NCBI GenBank assembly: GCA_050010755.1
Contig: JBEKKK010000004.1
Span: 32,001 to 96,000, forward strand
DNA length: 64,000 nucleotides
Origin: Candidatus Bathyarchaeia archaeon
GTDB lineage: Archaea > Thermoproteota > Bathyarchaeia > Bathyarchaeales > Bathycorpusculaceae
Direction: 5' to 3'
The position numbers and the translations under genes were made by a program. Each line of letters opens with the position of its first letter. Positions within the stretch are counted from its first letter, which is position 1. Under the pieces are notes generated by a model that was given only the letters and a program-made list of their open reading frames with translations, was not told the origin of the DNA and made no database searches. This document shows, piece by piece, positions 39,837 to 49,731 of this stretch.

Positions 39837-41299
39837 AGCTCTACAGGAAGGAAGGCAACATTCTTCAGATCTTAAGCTTCCCGGGTGAAACGGTTGAAAA
39901 GGGTGACTACCTGCTCGTGGAAGATGCTGATGCTGGAAGGGCGCTCATCGTGCAGGTCATCGACGTCCAGTTTGCCAGCATTCCAGGCGTTCTTGAAGAA
40001 CTGCTTCGAAGTCTCCCAGACGGGGGAGAGCTAATCAAGGGTGAGGACGTTGATCCTTTGGAGATTGCTCCGCATATCTCGTATATTCAGGACGCCAGTT
40101 TGCTCATCTGTAAAATCCGTGCAACAGCTGAGAATGACGGTTTAAACCCCAGCAGCTCATGGCTTCCGTCACGTTCTCAGTCGACGATAAAGAAGCTTCC
40201 GCTCCCCACACTGCTGAAGCTCGCCAAGATCGACGGCAAACTCCCAATAGTTATAGGTGGAACGAAGGATTCTTCTCTGCTGACGATTGATGCGACGGCG
40301 CTGGATGGAAGGTTGAACATAATAACGGGGAAGAAGGAGACGGGAAAGTCTCACTTGTCCAAGCTTCTGATGGTTAACTTGGTGGGATATAAAGCAACGG
40401 TGGTTGTCTTTGACTTGAACGGCGAATATTTGAGCTTGGGATTGACTGGCGACGGAAAGAGAAACGCCAACTATGACAAGATTCACGTTTTGACGCCTTC
40501 CCAGAACTTCAAACTAGCGCTTAAACAGTTGAACCTGCATGTGATGCTAGGAATTCTGATTCACGCGCTTCACTTGCCGGGAACGTCTGCCCGCGAGTTC
40601 AGGCGGATATGGATAGCGCTCAAAGAGAGGGATAATCTAACACTTCATGAGTTGGGGGAAACGATCCGAAACTGGAACTGCAACCAGCACGTCCGAGACG
40701 CTTTATTCTCCCGCTATCACGCTCTGGTCAATTCGGGAGTCTTCACGGACAATGCTGCCGAGGCAACGTCGCTTGAAGAGTTCCTGCTTAAGACCAGAGA
40801 GCAGGGCGGCGCTATAATATTGAACCTCCGGAATACTTCGTCGATTGACCGGCAGATTGTGGTCGAATATATTCTGGGAAAACTCGTTGAGTGTTTGAGC
40901 AGCGCGAAACTCAAGGCTGTTTTTCTCTTCGCCGAAGAAGCGCATCTTTACCTTCGGGAAACCTACTGGGATGACATCGTTACGCGGATGCGCCACTTCG
41001 GAATCTTCACCACTTTCGTGACCAATCAGCCGGATACGATACGCGAGAACATCTACAGGCAGGCTGACAATATCTTTCTGTTTAACTTCACGAACGAGCA
41101 TGATCTGGACGTGGTTTCCCGAGCCGCCCGGGTGGACGCTGAGACGGTAAGGTCCATCGCTAGAGACCTTCCGCCCCACTACTGTCTGGCCCTCGGGAGA
41201 GCCGTGAGGGACTTTCCCATAGTGGCGAGAGTGAAGGCTCTGGACGTGAAAACAATGGGAGAAACAAGGCTGTTCTTTTCATCCTCGGTCGGCCAATGA
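39833..41299 (+). CDS. herA: HerA/FtsK-like ATPase (HAS barrel plus DUF87)
   Basis: GDYL...QVID N-terminal barrel, GKKETGKS Walker A variant, FDLNGEY, FAEEAH Walker B, RMRHFG, TNQP; ATGA-coupled to nurA. Confidence 0.85.
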   Translation: MKLYRKEGNILQILSFPGETVEKGDYLLVEDADAGRALIVQVIDVQFASIPGVLEELLRSLPDGGELIKGEDVDPLEIAPHISYIQDASLLICKIRATAENDGLNPSSSWLPSRSQSTIKKLPLPTLLKLAKIDGKLPIVIGGTKDSSLLTIDATALDGRLNIITGKKETGKSHLSKLLMVNLVGYKATVVVFDLNGEYLSLGLTGDGKRNANYDKIHVLTPSQNFKLALKQLNLHVMLGILIHALHLPGTSAREFRRIWIALKERDNLTLHELGETIRNWNCNQHVRDALFSRYHALVNSGVFTDNAAEATSLEEFLLKTREQGGAIILNLRNTSSIDRQIVVEYILGKLVECLSSAKLKAVFLFAEEAHLYLRETYWDDIVTRMRHFGIFTTFVTNQPDTIRENIYRQADNIFLFNFTNEHDLDVVSRAARVDAETVRSIARDLPPHYCLALGRAVRDFPIVARVKALDVKTMGETRLFFSSSVGQ

Positions 41300-41350
41300 A
41301 TGAGAATGATGTTTCCAGTTTCTTGTCGCGCACAATATGCATGGGCTAAA

Positions 41351-41827
41351 TCATTCGGTCTGAGCCCGTGTGTTTGTGGCCGGTTTGCAGGAGTCGAATT
41401 TTTCTAGTTGTTTGCGGTTTTTGAGGAAGAATTCGTGGAAGGTTCTTGTCAGAGGGTATTTTTCCACGTCTTCCATTTTGACCCATCTTAGTTCGGCTGC
41501 GTCGCTGGATGCTTTCATGGTTCCGCTTTTGAGTTTCACGTAGTAGTCTATGATTACGAAGTGGTACCGTACTTTTCCGTTTTGGTCCTTTTCGACGTTG
41601 TTTACTACGTCTATGAGCTCTGGATTGTCGACCATGAGGTTTGTTTCCTCTCTGACCTCTCTTATCACCGTTTGTTTTGTCTCTTCGCCGAGTTCCACGA
41701 TGCCGCCGGGAATGCTCCATTTTCCTTTTCCAGGCTGGCTTCCTCTCTTTTCAAGCAGAATCTTGTTTGAGCAGACTATGACGGCGCCGATGCCGACAAG
41801 CGGCTGTTTCGGGTAGAGCCTCCTCAC
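41351..41827 (-). CDS. Nudix hydrolase
   Basis: GGIVELGE......REVREETN Nudix box; SDA. Confidence 0.92.
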   Translation of the reverse strand: MRRLYPKQPLVGIGAVIVCSNKILLEKRGSQPGKGKWSIPGGIVELGEETKQTVIREVREETNLMVDNPELIDVVNNVEKDQNGKVRYHFVIIDYYVKLKSGTMKASSDAAELRWVKMEDVEKYPLTRTFHEFFLKNRKQLEKFDSCKPATNTRAQTE

Positions 41828-42116
41828 AGTGAAGCCTCAGGCAAAAAGTCAACCCTACTCTTCTTAAACCTTCCACTCCTCTCAGCTTGAGCATCATGCC
41901 CTTTTCTCTCGTCGCGCTTTCCCCCTCCCTTTTTTTTCTTTACATCAGATGTAATGTTGCAATGTAAGTTTCCATGCTGCGTTTCGCCCCCCGTCTCTAC
42001 GATTGTGAGATTAGTGGTAATGTTATTTTGTGACGAACTTGTAGACCGCGATTAGGATTTTGGACGCTCCGGTCTGCGACTGTGTTGTTACTGGGAATAG
42101 TTGAAAAGGCGCGTGT

Positions 42117-42812
42117 TCAATCGATCAAAGTTCCGATTCGGTCTCCTCTAATCGCCTTTAAAACACTCTGGGGTTTAAAGCCGTTTACGACGATGAACTT
42201 TACTTTTGCGCGTTTGAGAATTTTGATGGCTTCTGGATCCACAATTTGATGAATACCTGCCTCATGTTTGTCTTGGACACAGACGCGAGTCAAGTCCTCA
42301 AACCTTAAGTGGTTAAGTTTCTCTGCGTCCGGATGTTTCTTGGGGTCCTTATCAAAGATGCCTTCTTGATCCGTGGCTTTTATCAATAGATCCGCATTCG
42401 AGGCCTGAGCGATCATGGCGGCCACGGTATCAGTCGTCATTCCAGGCTTCAGACCGCCCATAACCCCGATTTTGCCCTTGTTTGTGCAAGTGACGGCTTC
42501 TTCAACGGTCAGCGAAACACGGTCGCAACCAGAATTCCCTATCCTTTTTAGAAGTAGCTGGGCGAATAGTCGCGAAACCCCTATCGCTATTCCGTCCTGG
42601 GCCTCCTGGTTAAGCCCTAAATCCTTGGCGACACGGATGAATTCTCTTGCCAGAGCTCCGCCACCGACAACCACGACGATCTTATGATGGTGGGTTCTCA
42701 ATGTTTTCATCATGTCGGCGTATTCACCGATTAGTTCAGGGTTAATTGGTGAAGCCACAACTGAACCGCCTATCCTGAGCACGATTCGCACAGTTCTACA
42801 ACTCCAGGCCAT
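42117..42812 (-). CDS. pyrH: Uridylate kinase (archaeal)
   Basis: IGGS, VVGGGALAR, GGLKPGMTTD.VAA, DPKK. Confidence 0.9.
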   Translation of the reverse strand: MAWSCRTVRIVLRIGGSVVASPINPELIGEYADMMKTLRTHHHKIVVVVGGGALAREFIRVAKDLGLNQEAQDGIAIGVSRLFAQLLLKRIGNSGCDRVSLTVEEAVTCTNKGKIGVMGGLKPGMTTDTVAAMIAQASNADLLIKATDQEGIFDKDPKKHPDAEKLNHLRFEDLTRVCVQDKHEAGIHQIVDPEAIKILKRAKVKFIVVNGFKPQSVLKAIRGDRIGTLID

Positions 42813-43027
42813 TGTCTATGCATGTCTCCGCATTTAAAAATCCTGTTTGAAAGCCCACGTTCCTTGGCCAACCTTCTTTCGAATTTCGCTTTGTACTTTG
42901 TGAACTGCGACTTTCTGAGCTGTTTTCCAAGGGGGTTGGGATATTATCACTGTATTTTGGGGAGTTGCATGGAAACTGTTTTTAGAGACGTTTGGGAAGA
43001 GGCTGAAGGAAATGGAAGAGAAAGATT

Positions 43028-43954
43028 TTGCCAACAACCGCGAATTTGATAGTCAATCCAATTCCGCCTTTCGACTTCGAATTGAGTGCCATGATTTTTT
43101 CAAACGGTGACCCGCAAATCCGGAGATACGAAGGGGGAGAGTTCTGGCAGGTGATTAGAGTAGGGAGCAAGCTAATTCTCATGAAGGTAGTAAGCGCGGG
43201 AACGGTTGAAGAACCGAAAATCTCTGTTCAACTGGAATCTGAGCATAAAATCTCCAACGAAGAAAGAGAAGAGAGTGGAAAAATTGTTCGCACCCTTTTC
43301 AACCTTGATCTTGATCTGAAGCCCTTCTACGAACGAACAAAAGACGACAGCGTGATGGCAAAGTTGACCAGTAAGTTGAGAGGCCTAAGAAGCCCCACGA
43401 CTCCCACAGTCTTTGAGGCATTGATAGACTCAATCATCGAACAGCAAATCTCTCTAACAATAGCAAATACGATGGAAAGGCGACTAATCAAGTCATTCCG
43501 CGAGGTGCTCGCATTGGGCAAGGAACTCTACTATGCCTTTCCGACGCCCCAAGATTTGGCCTCAACAAGCATCCGGAAACTCCGCGGCTACGGGCTGAGT
43601 CAGAGAAAAGCAGAGTACATAAAAGACGTCTCAAAAATGGTAGCCGACGGCAAACTCTCTTTCGAGAAGCTCAAAGGCTATGAAGACGCCGACGATATCA
43701 TCGCGGAGCTTGATGCGATAAGGGGCATCGGCATTTGGACAGCCGAGATGACCATGATAAGAGGAATGCAGAGACCAGAAGCTTTTCCGGCAGATGACGT
43801 AGGACTCAGAAGGGTAATCGCACACTACTATTGCCAAGACAAAAGAATCTCGAGTGACGAGGCACGCAAAATCGCGGAAAAATGGGGAAAATGGAAAGGG
43901 CTGGCCAGTTTCTATTTGATAATCGCCAACGCCATGGATATCAATGCCCCTTAA
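43028..43954 (+). CDS. alkA: DNA-3-methyladenine glycosylase II (AlkA family)
   Basis: FEAL..SI.EQQIS, FPTP, GIGIWTAE HhH, FPADD. Confidence 0.88.
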   Translation: MPTTANLIVNPIPPFDFELSAMIFSNGDPQIRRYEGGEFWQVIRVGSKLILMKVVSAGTVEEPKISVQLESEHKISNEEREESGKIVRTLFNLDLDLKPFYERTKDDSVMAKLTSKLRGLRSPTTPTVFEALIDSIIEQQISLTIANTMERRLIKSFREVLALGKELYYAFPTPQDLASTSIRKLRGYGLSQRKAEYIKDVSKMVADGKLSFEKLKGYEDADDIIAELDAIRGIGIWTAEMTMIRGMQRPEAFPADDVGLRRVIAHYYCQDKRISSDEARKIAEKWGKWKGLASFYLIIANAMDINAP

Positions 43955-44020
43955 GAAGCAGTTTCGTAGTAGCGGTAGATGATTCTATCCAGCCGTACGT
44001 GTTTAAATAAAGGCCTGAAA

Positions 44021-45025
44021 ATGTTAAGCACTGAAATGAAAAAAAGAAAAGCTCTTGCACTTTTGTCAGGCGGTTTGGACAGCACGTTAGCGGTGAAGCT
44101 GCTTCTGGAACAGGGCATAGATGTTGAAGCGATAAATTTCATGTCTCCGTTTTGCCTTTGCGGCCGGGGTGGATGTGGGGCGTCAGAAGTGGCGAAAAAA
44201 TTTCAAATACCGTTGAAAGTCGTCAGCGTCGGCGAGGACTACTTGAGGCTAATCAGAAAACCGAAGCACGGCTACGGAAAAAACATGAACCCCTGTATCG
44301 ATTGCAGGATCTTCATGCTGAAAAAGGCCAAGAAATACGCACGGGAAACGGGAGCCGCCTTCATCTTCACAGGCGAAGTGCTGGACGAGAGGCCTATGAG
44401 TCAGCATTTCAAGGCCTTGAAGACGATAGAAGAAGAGGCCGGACTGGAAAACAGGATTTTGAGACCATTGTCCGCAAGAGTGCTTCCAGAAACTTTCATT
44501 GAAAAAAGTGGACTGGTTGACCGCAAGAAGCTTCTGGACTTTCACGGCAGGTCTAGGAAGAAGCAGATCGAACTTGCCAAAGTGTTCAGCATAGCTGATT
44601 ATCCGTGTCCCGCTGGAGGTTGCCTACTCACCTACAAGGAATTTGCTGACAAGGTGAGAGATCTGTTCCAGAACAAAAACCGAGTAAGCCTAAAGGACAT
44701 AGCGCTGCTGAAATTGGGCAGGCACCTGCGATACGGAAAGAACAAGATAATCGTTGGCAGGAACGAGTCTGAAAACAAAGCCCTTGTTCAAATGAAATTG
44801 CCGAGCGACTACTATTTTGAGGTTCCGAACTGCGGTAGCCCAATCACGATTCTTCAGGGAACGAAAACGAAAGAAGCGATAGAGAAAGCGGCAGCCTTGA
44901 CAGCTTATTATTCAGATGAGAAAAGTTCTGAGGTCGTGGTGAGATTTGGAAAGAACAGTTTGGACAAGGAGACGAAGGTTGCTAAGCTGAGCAGGGAAGA
45001 AGTGGAAAAGCTGAGAATCATCTAA
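44021..45025 (+). CDS. PP-loop tRNA thiolation-type ATPase (ThiI/MnmA-like) with C-terminal DUF814-like domain
   Basis: SGGLDS, NPCIDCR, TGEV...RPMSQ, LRPLSA, PAGGCLLT, IVGRN..EN. Confidence 0.8.
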   Translation: MLSTEMKKRKALALLSGGLDSTLAVKLLLEQGIDVEAINFMSPFCLCGRGGCGASEVAKKFQIPLKVVSVGEDYLRLIRKPKHGYGKNMNPCIDCRIFMLKKAKKYARETGAAFIFTGEVLDERPMSQHFKALKTIEEEAGLENRILRPLSARVLPETFIEKSGLVDRKKLLDFHGRSRKKQIELAKVFSIADYPCPAGGCLLTYKEFADKVRDLFQNKNRVSLKDIALLKLGRHLRYGKNKIIVGRNESENKALVQMKLPSDYYFEVPNCGSPITILQGTKTKEAIEKAAALTAYYSDEKSSEVVVRFGKNSLDKETKVAKLSREEVEKLRII

Positions 45026-45097
45026 GAAAAAGAAAACCAAATGCGGCTGACATTAGCATTCTGTTTTTAATAAGAAGTCTGCTAGATTATAGAGTGT

Positions 45098-46018
45098 ATG
45101 TCGTCCGCCGATGTTGCAGTCAAGGTCTTTCTCGAATTGAAGAACGAGGACTTCAGAGTTCTCCAAGCCATAGAAACGGCCATGAGCGAGCATGAATTCG
45201 TCTCGGGAGAACAAATAGCCCGATTTACCAAGCTGGACTTGCTGCGGGACACAGACTTTCGAATAAACCGCCTCAGCAAGCTAGGGCTAATCTATCGAAT
45301 GCGTGGAGCCTACACTGGTTACACTCTCAACTACGCTGGTTACGATTGCCTCGCCATAAACGGTTTGGTCAAAGCTAACGTGCTTGAGGCCTTCGGCAAA
45401 TCTCTGGGCGTGGGCAAGGAAGCCGACGTATACGACGCGCTCAAGCCTAGTGGCGAACGCATAGCAGTGAAATTTCACCGCTTAGGAAGAATCAGCTTCC
45501 GGCAAATCATCAGAAGAAGAAGCTATTCGACCGAACGCAGTGCGAGTTGGCTTTATCAATCTAGGCTGGCGGCACAGAGAGAATACCAGGCTCTGCAAAT
45601 CCTTTTTCCATGTGGCGTAGCTGTTCCGGAACCGATAAGCCAGAACCGTCACGTTGTAGCCATGGGAATCATCGAGGGGGGCGAACTCGCAGATTATAAG
45701 CGTTTATCAAGAACGGAAAGAATCTTGAAGGAGATTCTTCGCAACGCACGCAAGGCCTATGTGAAAGCGGGCATAATTCACGCAGACTTGAGCGAATACA
45801 ACGTCATCCTGAAACCTGACAGACACATATTGATAATCGACTGGCCGCAATACGTTACCAAGGAACATCCAAACGCCGAAGAACTGCTAAAACGCGACGT
45901 CCACAACATTCTACAATACTTCAAGCGCAAGCACAAGGTCAATGCAAGTCTTGAGGAAACGATGGAATACGTAACTGGAAAAAATAGATCCCTTATCTTA
46001 CAGGTACGTCCAGCATGA
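45098..46018 (+). CDS. rio2: RIO2-type atypical Ser kinase
   Basis: N-terminal wHTH, GVGKEADVY, KFHRLGR.SF, IHADLSEYN, IDWPQ. Confidence 0.93.
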   Translation: MSSADVAVKVFLELKNEDFRVLQAIETAMSEHEFVSGEQIARFTKLDLLRDTDFRINRLSKLGLIYRMRGAYTGYTLNYAGYDCLAINGLVKANVLEAFGKSLGVGKEADVYDALKPSGERIAVKFHRLGRISFRQIIRRRSYSTERSASWLYQSRLAAQREYQALQILFPCGVAVPEPISQNRHVVAMGIIEGGELADYKRLSRTERILKEILRNARKAYVKAGIIHADLSEYNVILKPDRHILIIDWPQYVTKEHPNAEELLKRDVHNILQYFKRKHKVNASLEETMEYVTGKNRSLILQVRPA

Positions 46019-46232
46019 TGTAGAGGACGTTGTTTCCACGCAATAGGACATTTCCATAGTTTGTTATCAGCTGATCATCCTTAGACTCTGTGGCTCCTTC
46101 CAGGAGAATGTTCATGTGACCATCGCATTTGATCATCTTGCCCTTGTACTCTCCGCCATTCTTGAGTACCACGGCAATGCCCGCGTTCAACTGCTTCACA
46201 AGAACGTTCAGCGGCTTCTTGCTAGGCTCCAT
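45993..46232 (-). CDS. Sm-like (LSm/SmAP) RNA-binding protein
   Basis: V.LKNG.EY.G....D.HMN..L, LLRGNNV. Confidence 0.92.
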   Translation of the reverse strand: MEPSKKPLNVLVKQLNAGIAVVLKNGGEYKGKMIKCDGHMNILLEGATESKDDQLITNYGNVLLRGNNVLYIMLDVPVR

Positions 46233-46443
46233 TAAAGCACCCTAATCCAAACTTAATTAAACATACCACCAGCCACCACATATAAAAGCCTTGTGAAGAT
46301 GAGTTCTGTGACAACATCGGATTATAGCCTTAAGGTGCAAGTCGTGGGAATAGCCCCCTTTCAGAACCGCGCCAGAAAAACCTCGCGCGCGCAATGCTGT
46401 GACGTGCAATATAAGAGCGTTCCACAATTGTTAATTCTTTGAG

Positions 46444-48390
46444 TTGCTTATATTCAGTTGCAGAATGGGGAGAGGAGTCAGTTTGTTTGGAAAGAGTGTT
46501 TCAAGCCTAATGCTGCTCTTGCTTTTTGCAGGCATGTTAGCCTCGGCATTCACGGTCACGCACTCGAGCGCGGGCGTGCTTGACTCGATGTGGGTGTCTC
46601 CTTCAATGATAAACTATAGCGCAAGCAAAGCAAGTGTAGGAACCTTGTTCAATGTTACTGTTTGGGCGAACATGCAGAACGGTACGTATGACTGGCAGGT
46701 TAATATGAACTTTGATGCGTCAGTATTTCAAGAAGTGGCTTGTGGCTACACAGATGGGACAACGAGCGCATACTTTTTCGGACATACCACTGTACCTATC
46801 ACTCCATTCGTGAACAATGCTCTGGGGACTATACTGTTTGGCGAGAGTCTAATTGGCTTGACGGATTACGCACCTGAAGAAAATGCCAGTTTGATGTATG
46901 CTGAGTTTAACATCACGAAAATGCCCACAACGACAACGCCATCATACACCGGGGTCTTTGACATCAATGCTACTGGCAGCAGGGGCACGTTCTTCGACGA
47001 TTTCAACGGAAACAATATCGTTTTGGCGGCCAACCTCTACGATGCAACCTATACACTCACATATAGCGCTCCAGGCTTGCTTGACTCGATGTGGGTGTCT
47101 CCTTCAACCATAGCGTATAGCACAGACAATGCGAGTGTGGGAACCCTGTTCAATGTTACGGTATGGGCCTACATGCAGAACGGTACGTTTGACTGGCAGG
47201 TGACAATGAAATTTGATTCTTCAGTATTTCAGGAAGTCAAGGTAGGCTATACGGACGGGGCGACAAGCGCATACTTTGCGGGGCACGTCACAGTGCCTGT
47301 CTATCCTGTTGTGGACAACGTTGGGGGTAGTATACTCTTTGCCGAAAGTCTCATAGGCGAGAAGGTTTACGCACCTGAAGAAAATGCCAGTTTGATGTAT
47401 GCTGAGTTTAACATCACGAAAATGCCCACAACGACAACGCCATCATACACCGGGGTCTTTGACATCAATGCTACCGGCACCACAGGCACGTTCTTCGACG
47501 ATTTCAACGGAAACAATATCGTTTTGGCGGCCAACCTCTACGATGCAAACTTTACCCTATCTCACGTTCCCGTTCCAACAATCAGCTCTTTAACCCAGGT
47601 TCCTAACGTCATCAGCGTTAATGACAGCGAGGCCGTAGCAGCGTCGGCAAACGTGACTGACAACAGCGGCACAGGAATTGCGAACGTTACCCTCGTCTAT
47701 TCACTCGAAGGTTGGACTGTAAACTCCACCGCTGCAATGACGCTGAACAGTAGAACTCGGTTGTACGATGGCACCATTCCAGGATTCCTGAGCGGAACGA
47801 TCGTCTACTATGTCATCCAAGCCTACGACAACAACGGAGGCTTCACGGAAACCCCGCCCGAAACTTATACAGTCCTCTCAAAAGCGGCCGCGCAGGCGCT
47901 CGTGCAGGTTACAAAGATAACATCCAACACTACATGGGTTTATCAAGGGCAAGTTGTAAACGTCAACGTAACGGTCAGCAACGTCGGAGACCCTCCAGAA
48001 AATGTTTGGGTCACACTTTACTACAACATGACAGCCGGCAAAAGCATAGGCGCATACCCCGTCTACCTAGATATTGAGCAAAATTATACATTTCTGTTCA
48101 TGTGGAACACGGCAGGCATACCGTGCCTTAACTACACCTTGACAGCGGTAGCAACAATACCCACAGGTTCGAACACGTTCATCGACGGTAGCATAACAAT
48201 TAGGCTCGTAGGCGACGTGAACGGAGACGGGAGAGTAGACCTGAAGGACATCGCGTTGGTGGTTCGCGCCTTTGGCTCAACTACGACACGTCCCAATTGG
48301 AACCCCGCGGCGGATCTCAACGGTGACGGCATAGTCAACATGCAGGACGTCGCAATCGTAGCCAGGCAATTCGGACAACACTACCCATAA
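46444..48390 (+). CDS. Secreted protein: two cohesin-like repeats, Ig-like domain, CARDB-like domain, C-terminal type I dockerin
   Basis: Signal peptide; 2x VG.LFNVTVW...WQV.M.FD.SV; GDVNGDGRVD..D...WNP.ADLNGDG.VN..D. Confidence 0.8.
   Translation: MLIFSCRMGRGVSLFGKSVSSLMLLLLFAGMLASAFTVTHSSAGVLDSMWVSPSMINYSASKASVGTLFNVTVWANMQNGTYDWQVNMNFDASVFQEVACGYTDGTTSAYFFGHTTVPITPFVNNALGTILFGESLIGLTDYAPEENASLMYAEFNITKMPTTTTPSYTGVFDINATGSRGTFFDDFNGNNIVLAANLYDATYTLTYSAPGLLDSMWVSPSTIAYSTDNASVGTLFNVTVWAYMQNGTFDWQVTMKFDSSVFQEVKVGYTDGATSAYFAGHVTVPVYPVVDNVGGSILFAESLIGEKVYAPEENASLMYAEFNITKMPTTTTPSYTGVFDINATGTTGTFFDDFNGNNIVLAANLYDANFTLSHVPVPTISSLTQVPNVISVNDSEAVAASANVTDNSGTGIANVTLVYSLEGWTVNSTAAMTLNSRTRLYDGTIPGFLSGTIVYYVIQAYDNNGGFTETPPETYTVLSKAAAQALVQVTKITSNTTWVYQGQVVNVNVTVSNVGDPPENVWVTLYYNMTAGKSIGAYPVYLDIEQNYTFLFMWNTAGIPCLNYTLTAVATIPTGSNTFIDGSITIRLVGDVNGDGRVDLKDIALVVRAFGSTTTRPNWNPAADLNGDGIVNMQDVAIVARQFGQHYP
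46577..47560 (+). repeat. Intragenic 501-bp tandem duplication
   Basis: 46866-46973 is identical to 47367-47474 and 46984-47047 to 47485-47548; the 5' halves have diverged. Confidence 0.95.
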
Positions 48391-48751
48391 TCTCCTTCTT
48401 TTTTCACTTCTACTGTCGTCCCCCACTCACGCGTAAGTCGTATCAACAAATAGCTTTTAGCTTCACTGAGGCCTTTCAATCAGGAGGGCAAATCCAATGG
48501 TTGACTATTGCTTGACAAGACTCTGCCACATTTGCGGCACACGCATGCCATTTAGGGTACGCTCACCGTCCAAAATGTACTAATTGCATCTGCTTCCTTT
48601 GTGAAGTGATATGGAGACAAAAGGAAAATATTCTGTCAAATGCCAATGTGCGACGAGAAACTTCAACAGTCTTCGGATTAGCGCGCGCTAGTCTGAAAAT
48701 TTGGCAACATAAAATTTAAGTGAGTGTCCACCTGCTTCAAAATGATGAAAA

Positions 48752-49690
48752 ATGAATATAGTTGTCGTTGATCACGTTTATCTTGAACCGGAGCACATTG
48801 GCAGGTTGCAATCGCTTGGAAACCTGAAAATTTTCAAAAATCCTCCCACATCGGTTAATGCTTTGAAGCGAAGAATAGCGGGTGCAGACGTCGTAATTGT
48901 TGGATGGAATAAAGTAACCAAAGACGTCATCGATTCCTCCAAGAGGCTCAAGATGATTTCGATATGGGCTACCAGCTGTCATTACGCTGACGTTCAGGCA
49001 GCGAAGGAAAAGGGAATCACTGTCACTCACGTTCCGGGCTATGCCACGGAAGCAGTGGCTGAACACTCTTTCGCTTTGATGCTGGCAGCTGCCAGAAGAC
49101 TGATATTGGCAGATGAGCATGTGAGAAATGGGGAGTTTGACTGGAGACCTTTTGGGGGCGTCGAACTTCATGGGAAAACCCTCGGCGTAATCGGTACCGG
49201 TACGATCGGTTGCCGAGTAGCAGAAATATCCAAAGCTTTTGGAATGCAGGTTCTAGGTTACGACAAGTACCCAAATGTTGAGAAGGCCAAGGAACTCGGG
49301 ATAAAATACGTCGACCTTCACACGTTGCTGAGAAACAGCGACTTCATATCCATACACGTCACGTTGACACCAGAAACAGAAAAGCTTCTGGGACAAAAAG
49401 AGTTCGATGCCGTGAAAAAGGGCGCCGTGATTGTCAACACTTCACAAGGGAAGGTTATCGATGAGAAAGCCTTGATAAAGGCGTTGAAATCGGGCAGAAT
49501 ATCTTATGCTGGACTCGATGTTTTTGAAGACGAGCTGCCCCCCAGGAAAAACCAGCTGTTCGCACTGGATAACACGGTACTCTCGCCTCACGTTGGGTTC
49601 CACACCGTCGAAGCCGTTAAGAGATGCACTGACCTCTGCATCGACAACGTTGAAAAATTCTTGGAGGGTCATCCGCAGAACCTGTGCTAG
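48752..49690 (+). CDS. D-isomer-specific 2-hydroxyacid dehydrogenase
   Basis: AVAEH, ELHGKTLGVIGTGTIG, GLDVFE.E, SPHVG. Confidence 0.92.
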   Translation: MNIVVVDHVYLEPEHIGRLQSLGNLKIFKNPPTSVNALKRRIAGADVVIVGWNKVTKDVIDSSKRLKMISIWATSCHYADVQAAKEKGITVTHVPGYATEAVAEHSFALMLAAARRLILADEHVRNGEFDWRPFGGVELHGKTLGVIGTGTIGCRVAEISKAFGMQVLGYDKYPNVEKAKELGIKYVDLHTLLRNSDFISIHVTLTPETEKLLGQKEFDAVKKGAVIVNTSQGKVIDEKALIKALKSGRISYAGLDVFEDELPPRKNQLFALDNTVLSPHVGFHTVEAVKRCTDLCIDNVEKFLEGHPQNLC

Positions 49691-49731
49691 GGCAGAAATT
49701 GACTGCACAATTATTAAGGAGTGACTTTGGG

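Noticed and set aside
46577-47560. Diversity-generating retroelement TR/VR pair
   Set aside because: Both copies are in frame in one gene, the mismatches are not adenine-specific, and there is no reverse transcriptase in the window
48497-48680. Possible zinc-finger gene remnant (CHICG...KC)
   Set aside because: The frame stops after 28 codons and is too fragmentary to support a call
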